From positions 1-45,781 of the forward strand of contig CATMOE010000028.1 in the NCBI GenBank assembly GCA_950072105.1: 45,781 nucleotides of DNA, written 5' to 3'. A program made the translations under genes and the position numbers. This DNA comes from an uncultured Dehalococcoidia bacterium. GTDB taxonomy: Bacteria; Chloroflexota; Dehalococcoidia; Lucifugimonadales; UBA3495. This document shows positions 1-8,200 of this stretch, piece by piece (positions within the stretch are counted from its first letter, which is position 1; the number at the start of each line of letters is the position of its first letter). The notes under the pieces were generated by a model that saw nothing but the letters and a program-made list of their open reading frames with translations, had not been told where the DNA came from and did not search any database.

Positions 1-1597
1 AGTCTTGGATAAACTTTACCGAGTCTTCGACTTTCTCTTCGATCACGTGGTCCTTGCATGCCAGCAATATTAGGACAGACTCAACCAAGCACGTTTTTAG
101 GGTCTCGAGCTGGGTAGCCACAACAGATGAAGCAATATTTTCTTGCACTAACTGTCTGATCTCGACGTAAAAACTCATTAATCGTGTTCTGTATAACTCA
201 AAAGCCCCCAGAGCGTCACGAAGAGAGTCCGCTATCTGCATGGTTGGATCAACGTCCTCTTGTGACAAGTCTTCTTCCGAGACTTTAATTTTTAGGTCTG
301 TAAGCAACTGAACTTTGGTTTCACAGCACTTGCCCAAGGCTTCGATGGATTCTTGCACGGCGGACTCATTGGTAACGTATAAGCCAAGAACCTGATCAGG
401 ATCCTCCAACAAATTTTTTAGGCGTTGTTGGTCATCCTCGCCTAAGATTCGCGGCACCAAAAGACGAGCATCTTGCTCTATTTTTGTGATCACTGAGACT
501 TGCTTTGACAAAAATTCAGCAGGATTAAATTCTTCAGTAGTTTTGTCGCTAGTATCCTTAATCGCCTGCAACTGCAGCTCTGTTAAAGCCTGACCACACA
601 ACGCACAGATTGGTGATTCTTCATTTACTAATGGGATCCCCCTGCGGGCTATATCAACAAGTTCACGTTCTCGGGCGATGTCCTGACTATGTTTGTGGTT
701 TAGAAGATCAGTTCCACACGTGGCTATACCTGTTTCAAGTTCGCTTATTTTGACAGCGATAGACTCGAAGTTTTCTTGAACCTCTTGGTCCAACCCTAGC
801 TTCGCAAAGTCAAACGTTCTGGCAATTACGTGATTCATTTCAGAACCAATTTCAATTATTTCGGCTCCCTTATCGTCGGGCAACTCCTTATCGAATAACG
901 TCTTGAAAACTGAAGATATAGCTGACTGAAATGTGGTTGGGGTAAACCCTTCGTTTTCAAGTTCGTCCTTTATCGGGCTCATATCGGGCACAGTAGAACA
1001 AAGCTCGATGAGATCGGCTCGAAGGGTTTGTCCTTTTGAGATGTCTTCGGGCTTCGTCTTGAAGCTCCTGCTGGCGTTTTGAATGCTGGCTTGTAGAGCA
1101 TTCAGTGCTCCCATACCGAGTTGGGCGCTTATCAAGCTGAACCGCTCGGCAGGTTTAGCAAACACGAAGTCTCTAATCCCATGCTGGAGAATCAAAGGAT
1201 GCCTGACTTCGCCGGATACTCCCAGGGCAGAAAGGTCATTCACTTGATTTCCGTCAACATAGAGAACACCAGGGCCTTCTTCCTGGTCTATTACACGTTT
1301 TATCTCTACGTCGTTACTATCGTTGTAGAGATAAAGCGTAACGTAAGCTTCTGAATCCGCTGGATAATGCCGGTTACGAAGAGAATGCTCAAATTCCCTT
1401 TTTTGTATGTCCCTTTCCCCGCGAGTCCTACGTGTATTATTTCCATAAATTGCCCATTCAATCGCCTCGCATAAGGAAGATTTCCCATGACCATTTGGTG
1501 CGTATAGTAAGACGAGGGGATTGTCCAAAGAACAATATTGGATGTCATTGAATCCTCTAAATCCTGCTACCTCAATACCTTTTAGTCGATAATTCAT
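1..1597 (-). CDS. Rad50/SbcC-like (SMC-family) ABC ATPase, 3' end outside the window
   Basis: Manual translation: MNYRLKGIEVAGFRGFNDIQYCSLDNPLVLLYAPNGHGKSSLCEAIEWAIYG. It has the FRG motif, a Walker A, a Q-loop-like LILQHGI and a zinc-hook-like CALC at residues 331-334 (596-607), with coiled-coil-like flanks. The frame is open for 532 codons to the window edge. The ATG overlaps the upstream stop (ATGA). Confidence 0.88.
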   Translation of the reverse strand, partial: MNYRLKGIEVAGFRGFNDIQYCSLDNPLVLLYAPNGHGKSSLCEAIEWAIYGNNTRRTRGERDIQKREFEHSLRNRHYPADSEAYVTLYLYNDSNDVEIKRVIDQEEGPGVLYVDGNQVNDLSALGVSGEVRHPLILQHGIRDFVFAKPAERFSLISAQLGMGALNALQASIQNASRSFKTKPEDISKGQTLRADLIELCSTVPDMSPIKDELENEGFTPTTFQSAISSVFKTLFDKELPDDKGAEIIEIGSEMNHVIARTFDFAKLGLDQEVQENFESIAVKISELETGIATCGTDLLNHKHSQDIARERELVDIARRGIPLVNEESPICALCGQALTELQLQAIKDTSDKTTEEFNPAEFLSKQVSVITKIEQDARLLVPRILGEDDQQRLKNLLEDPDQVLGLYVTNESAVQESIEALGKCCETKVQLLTDLKIKVSEEDLSQEDVDPTMQIADSLRDALGAFELYRTRLMSFYVEIRQLVQENIASSVVATQLETLKTCLVESVLILLACKDHVIEEKVEDSVKFIQD

Positions 1598-1794
1598 TGT
1601 TCATTCTTCCCGTCAGGCAGTGTTCTACGACATACTTCGAGGTAGTTTTCTATAGCCTCCTGGGTTGGTGAATCTACGTAGGCTTGCAGTAATTCGAGGT
1701 GGAGCCCTTCAGGTAAGCCAGACATGAACTCAATCAAGATAGGGTCAATTGAGGGATCTTCCAAGGGTTCCGGATCTATGGGTTTATCTTCCAT
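1594..1794 (-). CDS. Small acidic hypothetical protein (66 aa), coupled to the ATPase
   Basis: ATG start; its TGA overlaps the ATPase ATG; same AT-rich composition as the ATPase gene. Confidence 0.65.
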   Translation of the reverse strand: MEDKPIDPEPLEDPSIDPILIEFMSGLPEGLHLELLQAYVDSPTQEAIENYLEVCRRTLPDGKNEQ

Positions 1795-1935
1795 TTAAAC
1801 TGCTCTCACGCCACTTCGAGTCGAGGATTGTTTAACTTCCGGACAACTTAAGGTGGCAAAGCGTTCTTACCTTAAAGTTACTCACCGGGTCCAGCGGCGT
1901 GATAGTTTAAACGACGGTTACTTTCGCCTAGGTTT

Positions 1936-1965
1936 CGGACCCACGCCTGTTCAACAGGCGGTCCG
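1936..1965 (-). terminator. Hairpin downstream of grdA (possible terminator)
   Basis: CGGAC..CGCCTGTT-C-AACAGGCG-GTCCG inverted repeat about 20 nt after the grdA stop; weak U-tract. Confidence 0.45.
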
Positions 1966-1985
1966 CATCCTACGGGCTTCCAGCC

Positions 1986-2441
1986 TTATCTTCCCCGCAC
2001 CTCTTTAATCGCCCTGGCAATCTCTTCAGCGTCCAAAGCGATGTCGGCCAAGCCTACTTCCAGGTCGTAGGTGGCCGAGTCAATCTGTTCTTTGATCTCC
2101 GGTTCGGTGATGTGGTAGGCCGGGAGGCCCAGGGCCTCTCCTGCCAAAGCTCCGGCCCACGAGGGGTCGCCGTCGGTGACGGTGGTGGCGTAGAGCTTGG
2201 TGCTTTCGGGGGTGGGGGTGCCCAGTAGGACGACGAGGTTGTCGGTGCCTATCTGGTCTACGATCCGTTTGATATCTTCTTGACCCTCCAGGTCAAGAGC
2301 GCCGGCGGCGGTTCAAACGAAACAGTGGGTCATCTCCAAGACTACTTCCGCTCCGGAGCTGCGGGCGCAGTTGGCGATGGCGGTCCCTTGGACCCCGTCC
2401 CGTTCTCCCAGAGCGATTACTCTCATACCTTTGAGTTGCAT
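1986..2441 (-). CDS. grdA: Glycine/sarcosine/betaine reductase selenoprotein A (Sec at codon 43)
   Basis: SD AGGAGG, then [54 protein letters not shown]...GDPSWAGALAGEALGLPAYHITEPE...RGR*. [13 protein letters not shown].DLE and GDPxxAG are GrdA motifs. In-frame TGA at 2313-2315; 151 aa on read-through; adjacent to grdC. Confidence 0.93.
2278..2298 (-). promoter_or_regulatory. Candidate bacterial SECIS hairpin in grdA mRNA
   Basis: mRNA UCUUGACC-UGGAG-GGUCAAGA: perfect 8-bp stem with a G-rich loop, starting 14 nt after the UGA. Confidence 0.65.
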
Positions 2442-2463
2442 CGGTTCAGACCTCCTAGAAGTA

Positions 2464-2543
2464 CCCCCATCCTAACTTTCCCCCATAAAGGGGGAAGGGA
2501 CTTATTCTCTCCTCTTCGCAAAGTGGGAGAATCAAATGGGGGA
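2464..2543. repeat. REP-like palindromic repeat, family B (C-run/G-run hairpins)
   Basis: TTCCCCC-ATAAA-GGGGGAA plus a second degenerate unit in the grdC-grdA spacer; similar to elements near 10190 and 17640. Confidence 0.5.
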
Positions 2544-2549
2544 TCGCCG

Positions 2550-4004
2550 TTATTTACTTGGATTTGCCTCTAAGACAAAGGACATTCCGTCGGACATCTG
2601 AGTCATGCGGCCCAAGAACAGGCTCCCTTTGGCCAGGAACATGGCTCGATTCATTCTACCATCCATCATTCGCTCCACGGCGTGGCCGAGGAAGGGGACG
2701 GCGGAGGCGATATGTCCTTGGGTCGGAGAAAAGCCTGGCATGCCGTGGACTTCCACGAAGGCCGGCAACGCTTCTCTTTCAATCTCTTGGTGGCGCACGG
2801 CCAATGCGCCGATGAGGCGGTAGTTCAGGTTGGGCACGTTCCCGCTTCCGGCGGGCTCGGTTACCTCGGGATTGTGTAGCTCGGTGGCGTACTTATCGAT
2901 GTCTTGAAAACCCAATCCCAGGTTTTCCAAGGGGACGGAGATCAACTGCTCGAAGATGGCCTGCTGGCTGGAGCCGGCCCCCACGGTGTGACGGCCTACC
3001 GAGTCCAGCCGCAGCACCGGGCTTGTCCCATCATCTTCGCCCACGAGAACGGCCACCGAGGCTAAGATGTCCTCCAATATCGGTTGGTCGTGCTGCAGGT
3101 GTCCTTGAAATTTCATGCCCAGCTTGGCCAGGGAGCAGCCACCGACCACCGCAACTTGTCGGTACAGGCCCGAACTCACCAACGCGCCGGCCATGACCAG
3201 AGCGTGGACCGGTCCGCAACAAAAGGCTTTAACGTCGCAACCGGTGGCATTTTCCAGACCGCACATCTCGGCGATCGCCTTGGCCAGGTTTCCCCCGCCT
3301 CTCTGGTAACGCTCCCCAACCGCCTCTTCCCCGGTGTTTAAAACATAATCAATGCCAGAGCCGTCCAGGCCTTGGTCCCGCAAAAGGGTTCGCAGAGCCA
3401 TGGCGGCGGTGACTTTACAGGCCAAGTTTTCTAGGATGACGTCCGAGGTCAGGGCGGCGTCTTCGTCATGGGCGCGGCTGATACATCCCACCAAGCTGCC
3501 GTCCCGTAGATGCAAAGGCAGAGTGCCCGCCCCATTTGCCACTTGGGCTTCAATGTCTGACTGACTCTTGGCGCCGTCCAGGCCGTCCAGGTCGCTGGAC
3601 GTGATCAGGGGGTGATCCGCCAACGCGTTCCGGACAAGGCCGATGAATCCTTCTTCCAGCCAGACGAGGTCGAAGGCGTCGGCTATCTTCAGCAAACCGA
3701 TCAGTTCTTCCTCGGGCATGATTTCGCCGTGCGGCAGCCAACGTTGCGATTCGCCGTTGCCGTGGAACCAGGGCCGCTCGATTTCCTTCAGTTGATCGGG
3801 GTAGATGCCGCCCAGGAACGCGCGGTTGGGGGGATATGCGACGGCTTCGGGGTAAGAGCGAAGATGGGCCATGATGCTGTCCAACAAAGCGGGGTCTTTT
3901 TCGATCTCCCGGGAGGGCTTTGAGCCATGGCGCACCAAGCCCGGCGCGTGCCCAAGTTGATAGCGGACGCCCTTGATCACCGGCTGCTTCACTAATCGGT
4001 CCAT
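2550..4004 (-). CDS. grdC: Glycine/sarcosine/betaine reductase protein C, GrdC (FabH-like) subunit
   Basis: Motifs LVRHGSKP, GEEAVGERYQRGGGNLAKAIAE, DVKAFCCGPVHA, ATELHNPEVT, MPGFSPTQGHIAS, KGSLFLGRMTQMSDG; directly upstream of grdA. Confidence 0.9.
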   Translation of the reverse strand: MDRLVKQPVIKGVRYQLGHAPGLVRHGSKPSREIEKDPALLDSIMAHLRSYPEAVAYPPNRAFLGGIYPDQLKEIERPWFHGNGESQRWLPHGEIMPEEELIGLLKIADAFDLVWLEEGFIGLVRNALADHPLITSSDLDGLDGAKSQSDIEAQVANGAGTLPLHLRDGSLVGCISRAHDEDAALTSDVILENLACKVTAAMALRTLLRDQGLDGSGIDYVLNTGEEAVGERYQRGGGNLAKAIAEMCGLENATGCDVKAFCCGPVHALVMAGALVSSGLYRQVAVVGGCSLAKLGMKFQGHLQHDQPILEDILASVAVLVGEDDGTSPVLRLDSVGRHTVGAGSSQQAIFEQLISVPLENLGLGFQDIDKYATELHNPEVTEPAGSGNVPNLNYRLIGALAVRHQEIEREALPAFVEVHGMPGFSPTQGHIASAVPFLGHAVERMMDGRMNRAMFLAKGSLFLGRMTQMSDGMSFVLEANPSK

Positions 4005-4115
4005 AGCCTCAACATGTTACGCTGCAACGTCCGCGGTTGTCGAGGTGAAACGCCTCTTCGACTTGAAACCACTCTACCAAATGTGCTTACAATGTGGTTG
4101 GGAAGGAGTTGATCG

Positions 4116-4637
4116 ATGAAGAGACCCACAATCACGGCCGCGCTGGTCTTGCTCATGTTGCTGACGTTGTTCGGCCACGGGGACACGGTGCAGGCACAGG
4201 TCACCTGTACCGGCCACGCCAGGAGTTTGGGCTGGTCTTATTATGGGACCGCCGGAGGCGATCTGATCAACTGCCGGGGCTCAATTGCCGACGTTGTGAT
4301 TTTGGGCCTGGGCGGGAACGACATCCTTATCGGTGGGCAGGGCAACGATACGATCTTGGGTGGTCCTGGCGAGGACTTCTTATTCGGCCGGGGTGGCAGG
4401 GATTTTCTAAGCGGCGGGAGCGAACGCGACCTTCTTTTTGGGTCCAATGGTGGAGACGTTTTGGTTGGCGGCTCGGGAAGAGACTCCCTCATCGGCAGTA
4501 ACGGAAACGACGTTCTTTACGGCGGCCCAGATGACGACACCTTGTTCGGAGGCCCGGGAATAGACATTTGCGATGGACAGGGAGGCTCCGATGACTTCGC
4601 GGCGTCTGATTGCGAAGGCACTCCCAACGTCCCATAA
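4116..4637 (+). CDS. Small secreted protein with RTX/hemolysin-type Ca2+-binding nonapeptide repeats
   Basis: N-terminal signal peptide (VQA-Q), tandem GGxGxDxL repeats, Cys residues flanking the repeats; SD GGAG. Confidence 0.85.
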   Translation: MKRPTITAALVLLMLLTLFGHGDTVQAQVTCTGHARSLGWSYYGTAGGDLINCRGSIADVVILGLGGNDILIGGQGNDTILGGPGEDFLFGRGGRDFLSGGSERDLLFGSNGGDVLVGGSGRDSLIGSNGNDVLYGGPDDDTLFGGPGIDICDGQGGSDDFAASDCEGTPNVP

Positions 4638-4870
4638 GGCCGTACAAAAGATTTTTTTGCGGCAAACCGGCAATCGCGATTCATCGTAGTTTTAGAGTAG
4701 TTGTTGCGGTGAGAAACATACCGGCCTTGCCACAGTAGGGCGGTGATGCATATCATACTTCATGGGACCAACGATGGAATCGCCGAAGGCGCCGCATCGG
4801 GATTTAACTCAAATAAGTCAGATTTTTCTTAATCATTTCCGGTTTCCCAAGTCAACCAAGGGAGAACAAG

Positions 4871-6862
4871 ATGAGCCTCAAGTCACCTGCTAATAAACTG
4901 ATGATTGGCCTCGCCGCAGTCATTTTCGTAACTTTCGCCGCGGGATGCACCAGGGAAGTAATTAAAGAAGTGCCCGTGGAAAGGATCGTAGAGAAAGAGG
5001 TGATCAAAGAGGTTTTCATCGAGAGGCCGGCCGCGCAAGAGGAAGCCAAGACTACCGAAACTACCGAGTCAACGGGGCCAAAGATCTATAAATTGGGAAT
5101 CTTCGAGGACCTCACCACCACCAACTATTGGGCTTACCTGGGCCCGGACACCACGATCTGGAATTCGTACGTATTGTCCGGCGGCAAGCCCGCCCTGTAC
5201 AGTCTTTCCGACCAACGTTTCGACTGGATCCCATCGGCGGCAGCCGACTTCCCAACACCGGTATTAGAGGAGACGGTAGGCGGCACGACGTTCTGGACCA
5301 CCGAGGTGGTGCTGAAAAGAGGAATGAAGTGGAGCGATGGAAATGACGTGACCGCCGAGGACTTTATCTTCACCGCCCATACCGTCCGGGACTTGGAACT
5401 TTCTGGAAACTGGTCATCGTCGGTCGATACTGAATTCTTCGACCACGCTCAAGCGCTCGACCCTTACAAGCTGAAGATCTACTTCAAACAGAAACCCGGT
5501 CTTGCCCGCTGGCAATTCGGGTTGGCCTTCATGCCCATTTTGTCCAAAGCCTTTTGGGAACCGGTGGTTGAAAAAGCCAAAAAAGAGGGTACCACCGTCG
5601 AACAACAGAGGGCACTATACGCCCACGTGCCCAAGAATGAACCCTCCGCCGGAGGCTATATCTTCAAAAAATGGGAGAACGGGGCCTTCGCCGAAAAGGT
5701 GAAGAACCCGGACCACTACTTCGAAGGCTCGTCAATCATCCAATATTCCAACGGGGCCTACTCCGAGTCCAAACCTGGCGTTTATGAATTCAACGCCTAC
5801 GGCCAACTCACCGGCGAAAAAGTCTTGGATTATACCGTGGGTCCCTTTGCCGCAAGCTCGATCTACAGTATCTTCGGAAACCAGGAAACGGCGGTTCTAG
5901 CACTGAAGAAGGGAGACATAGACTTCATGCTGAATCCTCTGGGTCTCCAAAGAGGATTACAAGAACAACTGAAGGGCCAGGCGGGCTTGGACACCTTGGA
6001 AAACGCCAACAACGGGTTCCGGTATCTGGGCTTCAATATGCGCCGTCCTCCTATGAACATCAAAGCTTTCCGCCAGGCGGTAGCGATCCTGATCGACAAA
6101 GAGTTCCTGACCAGTACCGTGCTTCAAGGGGTCGCCATCCCCATGTACACCACCGTGCCGGAAGGGAACGGCTTCTGGTACAACCCCAACGTCTCGTTGA
6201 TCGGCAAGGGGTTGTCCCGGACCGAACGAACCGAACAGGCGGTGAAGCTGCTGAAAGACGCGGGTTTCACCTGGGAAAAGGAACCCAAGGTCAGCGAGAA
6301 CGGCACGGTTGAGGTCGAGGGCAAAGGGTTGAAACTCCCCAATGGCGACCCGATGCCTGATTTGGAGATACTTTCCCCCAGTCCGGGTTACGACCCCCTG
6401 CGCTCTACCTTCGCCATCTGGATCGAGCGGTGGCTCAATGACATGGGCATTCCGGCCAAGGCCAAACTCACCGACTTTAACGTGATCGTGGAGAAGATCG
6501 CGGACCCGGACGGTTTCGACATCTGGATATTGGGCTGGGGATTGAGCAATTTCCCAGATTATCTGGAAGCCTTCTTCCACTCTCGCCATGCCGAGGGGGA
6601 CGGACTCAATCGAGGCGGGTACTCGAATCCGGAGTTCGACGCCCTAGCCGAGCAACTCTTGATCGAAACCGACCTTGACGCAGCCCGGGATCAGGTTTTC
6701 AAGATGCAGGCATTTCTGGCCGACGACCTGCCCTACGTGGTGCTGTTTACCACACCGCTACTGGAGTCCTACCGAAGCGACCGTCTAACCTTCCCATACA
6801 CCAATACCCTAGGCGGCCTGCAAAGCACCAACGGGATGACCTCCGCGGTGGTGATTAAATAG
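4871..6862 (+). CDS. Peptide/nickel ABC transporter substrate-binding lipoprotein (family 5)
   Basis: Lipobox FAAGC; KWSDGNDVTAEDFIFT; GFNMRRPP..FRQAVA; first gene of the ABC operon. Confidence 0.92.
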   Translation: MSLKSPANKLMIGLAAVIFVTFAAGCTREVIKEVPVERIVEKEVIKEVFIERPAAQEEAKTTETTESTGPKIYKLGIFEDLTTTNYWAYLGPDTTIWNSYVLSGGKPALYSLSDQRFDWIPSAAADFPTPVLEETVGGTTFWTTEVVLKRGMKWSDGNDVTAEDFIFTAHTVRDLELSGNWSSSVDTEFFDHAQALDPYKLKIYFKQKPGLARWQFGLAFMPILSKAFWEPVVEKAKKEGTTVEQQRALYAHVPKNEPSAGGYIFKKWENGAFAEKVKNPDHYFEGSSIIQYSNGAYSESKPGVYEFNAYGQLTGEKVLDYTVGPFAASSIYSIFGNQETAVLALKKGDIDFMLNPLGLQRGLQEQLKGQAGLDTLENANNGFRYLGFNMRRPPMNIKAFRQAVAILIDKEFLTSTVLQGVAIPMYTTVPEGNGFWYNPNVSLIGKGLSRTERTEQAVKLLKDAGFTWEKEPKVSENGTVEVEGKGLKLPNGDPMPDLEILSPSPGYDPLRSTFAIWIERWLNDMGIPAKAKLTDFNVIVEKIADPDGFDIWILGWGLSNFPDYLEAFFHSRHAEGDGLNRGGYSNPEFDALAEQLLIETDLDAARDQVFKMQAFLADDLPYVVLFTTPLLESYRSDRLTFPYTNTLGGLQSTNGMTSAVVIK

Positions 6863-6962
6863 CAATCAGCTTTCAGCGTCCAGCCCCGGTAAGTAAGGTG
6901 CTGGCGGCTGACCGCTGGTTGAGGAGCTGATAAATCCTTGCAAATCTCAGCGTTGCCAACCA

Positions 6963-7028
6963 CGTTCGTGGTGAGCGTGTCGAACCACCCTTCCGCCGAG
7001 GGACCCTTCGACACGCTCAGGGCGAACG
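6963..7028. repeat. REP-like palindromic repeat, family A
   Basis: TGAGCGTGTCGAA (6972-6984) / TTCGACACGCTCA (7007-7019) perfect 13-bp inverted repeat, with outer CGTTCG/CGAACG. Confidence 0.75.
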
Positions 7029-7048
7029 GAACTAGGTACTAGACCCGT

Positions 7049-8200
7049 ATGACGGCCTACCTATTGCGCCGCTTCGGACAGATGCTGCTCACCCTGTTCA
7101 TGATCATCAGTTTGGCCTTTTTCTTGGTCCAAGCCCAACCTGGCGACTACACCTCCACGTACGCCCAGAACCCGGACCTTCCTCCGAACGTCAGATCCCA
7201 GATCCAGGCGTCCTTTGGCTTGGACAAGTCCCTGGGCGAACAGTACCTGCTCCACATCAAGAACTCCTTTACCGGCAACTTCGGCGTTTCCTTCGGCCAC
7301 TACCCGCGCACGGTGATGGATGTCATCAAGGAACGGCTCCCTCGAACCGCCGTGCTGTTCCTGACCGCCACGGTCATCTCGTTTTACCTAGGGTTTGTGT
7401 TGGGAAAGGCAATGGCTTGGCGCCGCGGCGGATTCATGGAATACACCGCCACCATTTCAGGGGCGACTTTGTTCACGGTGTTCACGCCTTGGTTCGCGCT
7501 GATGATGATTTGGACCTTCGCCTTCAAGCTGGGCTGGTTTCCCTTAGGCAAATTCTTGGACCCATTAGTGTGGCGTGAAGCTCCCGTTGCCGCCAACAGT
7601 GTGTTCAACGACATGCTGCTCACCGCCGGGGCCTTCACCGTATTCATCTTCTTGGCCATCCTGATTTCCAAAAAAGCGGGAGGGAGGCGTTGGCGCACCT
7701 GGCTGCTTCCCGCCGCGGCCGCCGGCGCGGTTGTGATACCTGTAGCCTGGGGCCTTTCCGGAACCGCGTATCTGGCCCTGGACATTCTCAAGCACATGGT
7801 CCTACCCATAGCCACTCTGACATTGATATCTTTCGCCGGCACAATGTTGCTGACCCGCAATAGCATGTTGGAGACCCTTAGGGAAGACTTTGTCATGGCG
7901 GCCCGGGCGAAAGGCCTGCCGGAAAATGTGATCCGCGATAAGCACGCCGCCCGAAACGCTCTCCTTCCGGTGGTGACCAGTCTGGTGTATAGCCTAGCCT
8001 TTGCCATTGATGGAGGAATCATTATCGAGACGATCTTTTCCTGGCCCGGCATGGGGCTGACCCTGCTCCAGGCGGTACGGTCTGAGGACCTGCCCTTGGC
8101 CATGGGCGCCTTCGTGTTCATAGGAATCTTCGCTTTGGGAGCACATTTGGTGGCCGACGTACTTTACGCCTTTCTGGACCCCAGGATACGTTACCAGTGA
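7049..8200 (+). CDS. Peptide ABC transporter permease (OppB/DppB-like)
   Basis: YLLRR start, FGVSF, EAA loop (DFVMAARAKGL), ETIFSWPGMG, C-terminal LDPRIRY. Confidence 0.95.
   Translation: MTAYLLRRFGQMLLTLFMIISLAFFLVQAQPGDYTSTYAQNPDLPPNVRSQIQASFGLDKSLGEQYLLHIKNSFTGNFGVSFGHYPRTVMDVIKERLPRTAVLFLTATVISFYLGFVLGKAMAWRRGGFMEYTATISGATLFTVFTPWFALMMIWTFAFKLGWFPLGKFLDPLVWREAPVAANSVFNDMLLTAGAFTVFIFLAILISKKAGGRRWRTWLLPAAAAGAVVIPVAWGLSGTAYLALDILKHMVLPIATLTLISFAGTMLLTRNSMLETLREDFVMAARAKGLPENVIRDKHAARNALLPVVTSLVYSLAFAIDGGIIIETIFSWPGMGLTLLQAVRSEDLPLAMGAFVFIGIFALGAHLVADVLYAFLDPRIRYQ

Noticed and set aside
1121..1548. Track ORFs 1121..1354 (+) and 1306..1548 (-)
   Set aside because: They are antisense or alternate-frame shadows of the SMC-like ATPase, whose frame carries the Walker A.
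1795..1985. tRNA (including tRNA-Sec) or att site at the island edge
   Set aside because: No cloverleaf, T-loop or direct repeat recognisable by eye.
1986..2441. grdA as a nonsense pseudogene
   Set aside because: The TGA falls exactly at the known Sec position (CxxU) and a hairpin follows it.
2280..2573. 97-aa + strand ORF
   Set aside because: Antisense to grdA and runs through a palindromic repeat; no recognisable motif.
4116..4637. RTX toxin
   Set aside because: Too small, no toxin domain, and no T1SS or acyltransferase genes nearby.
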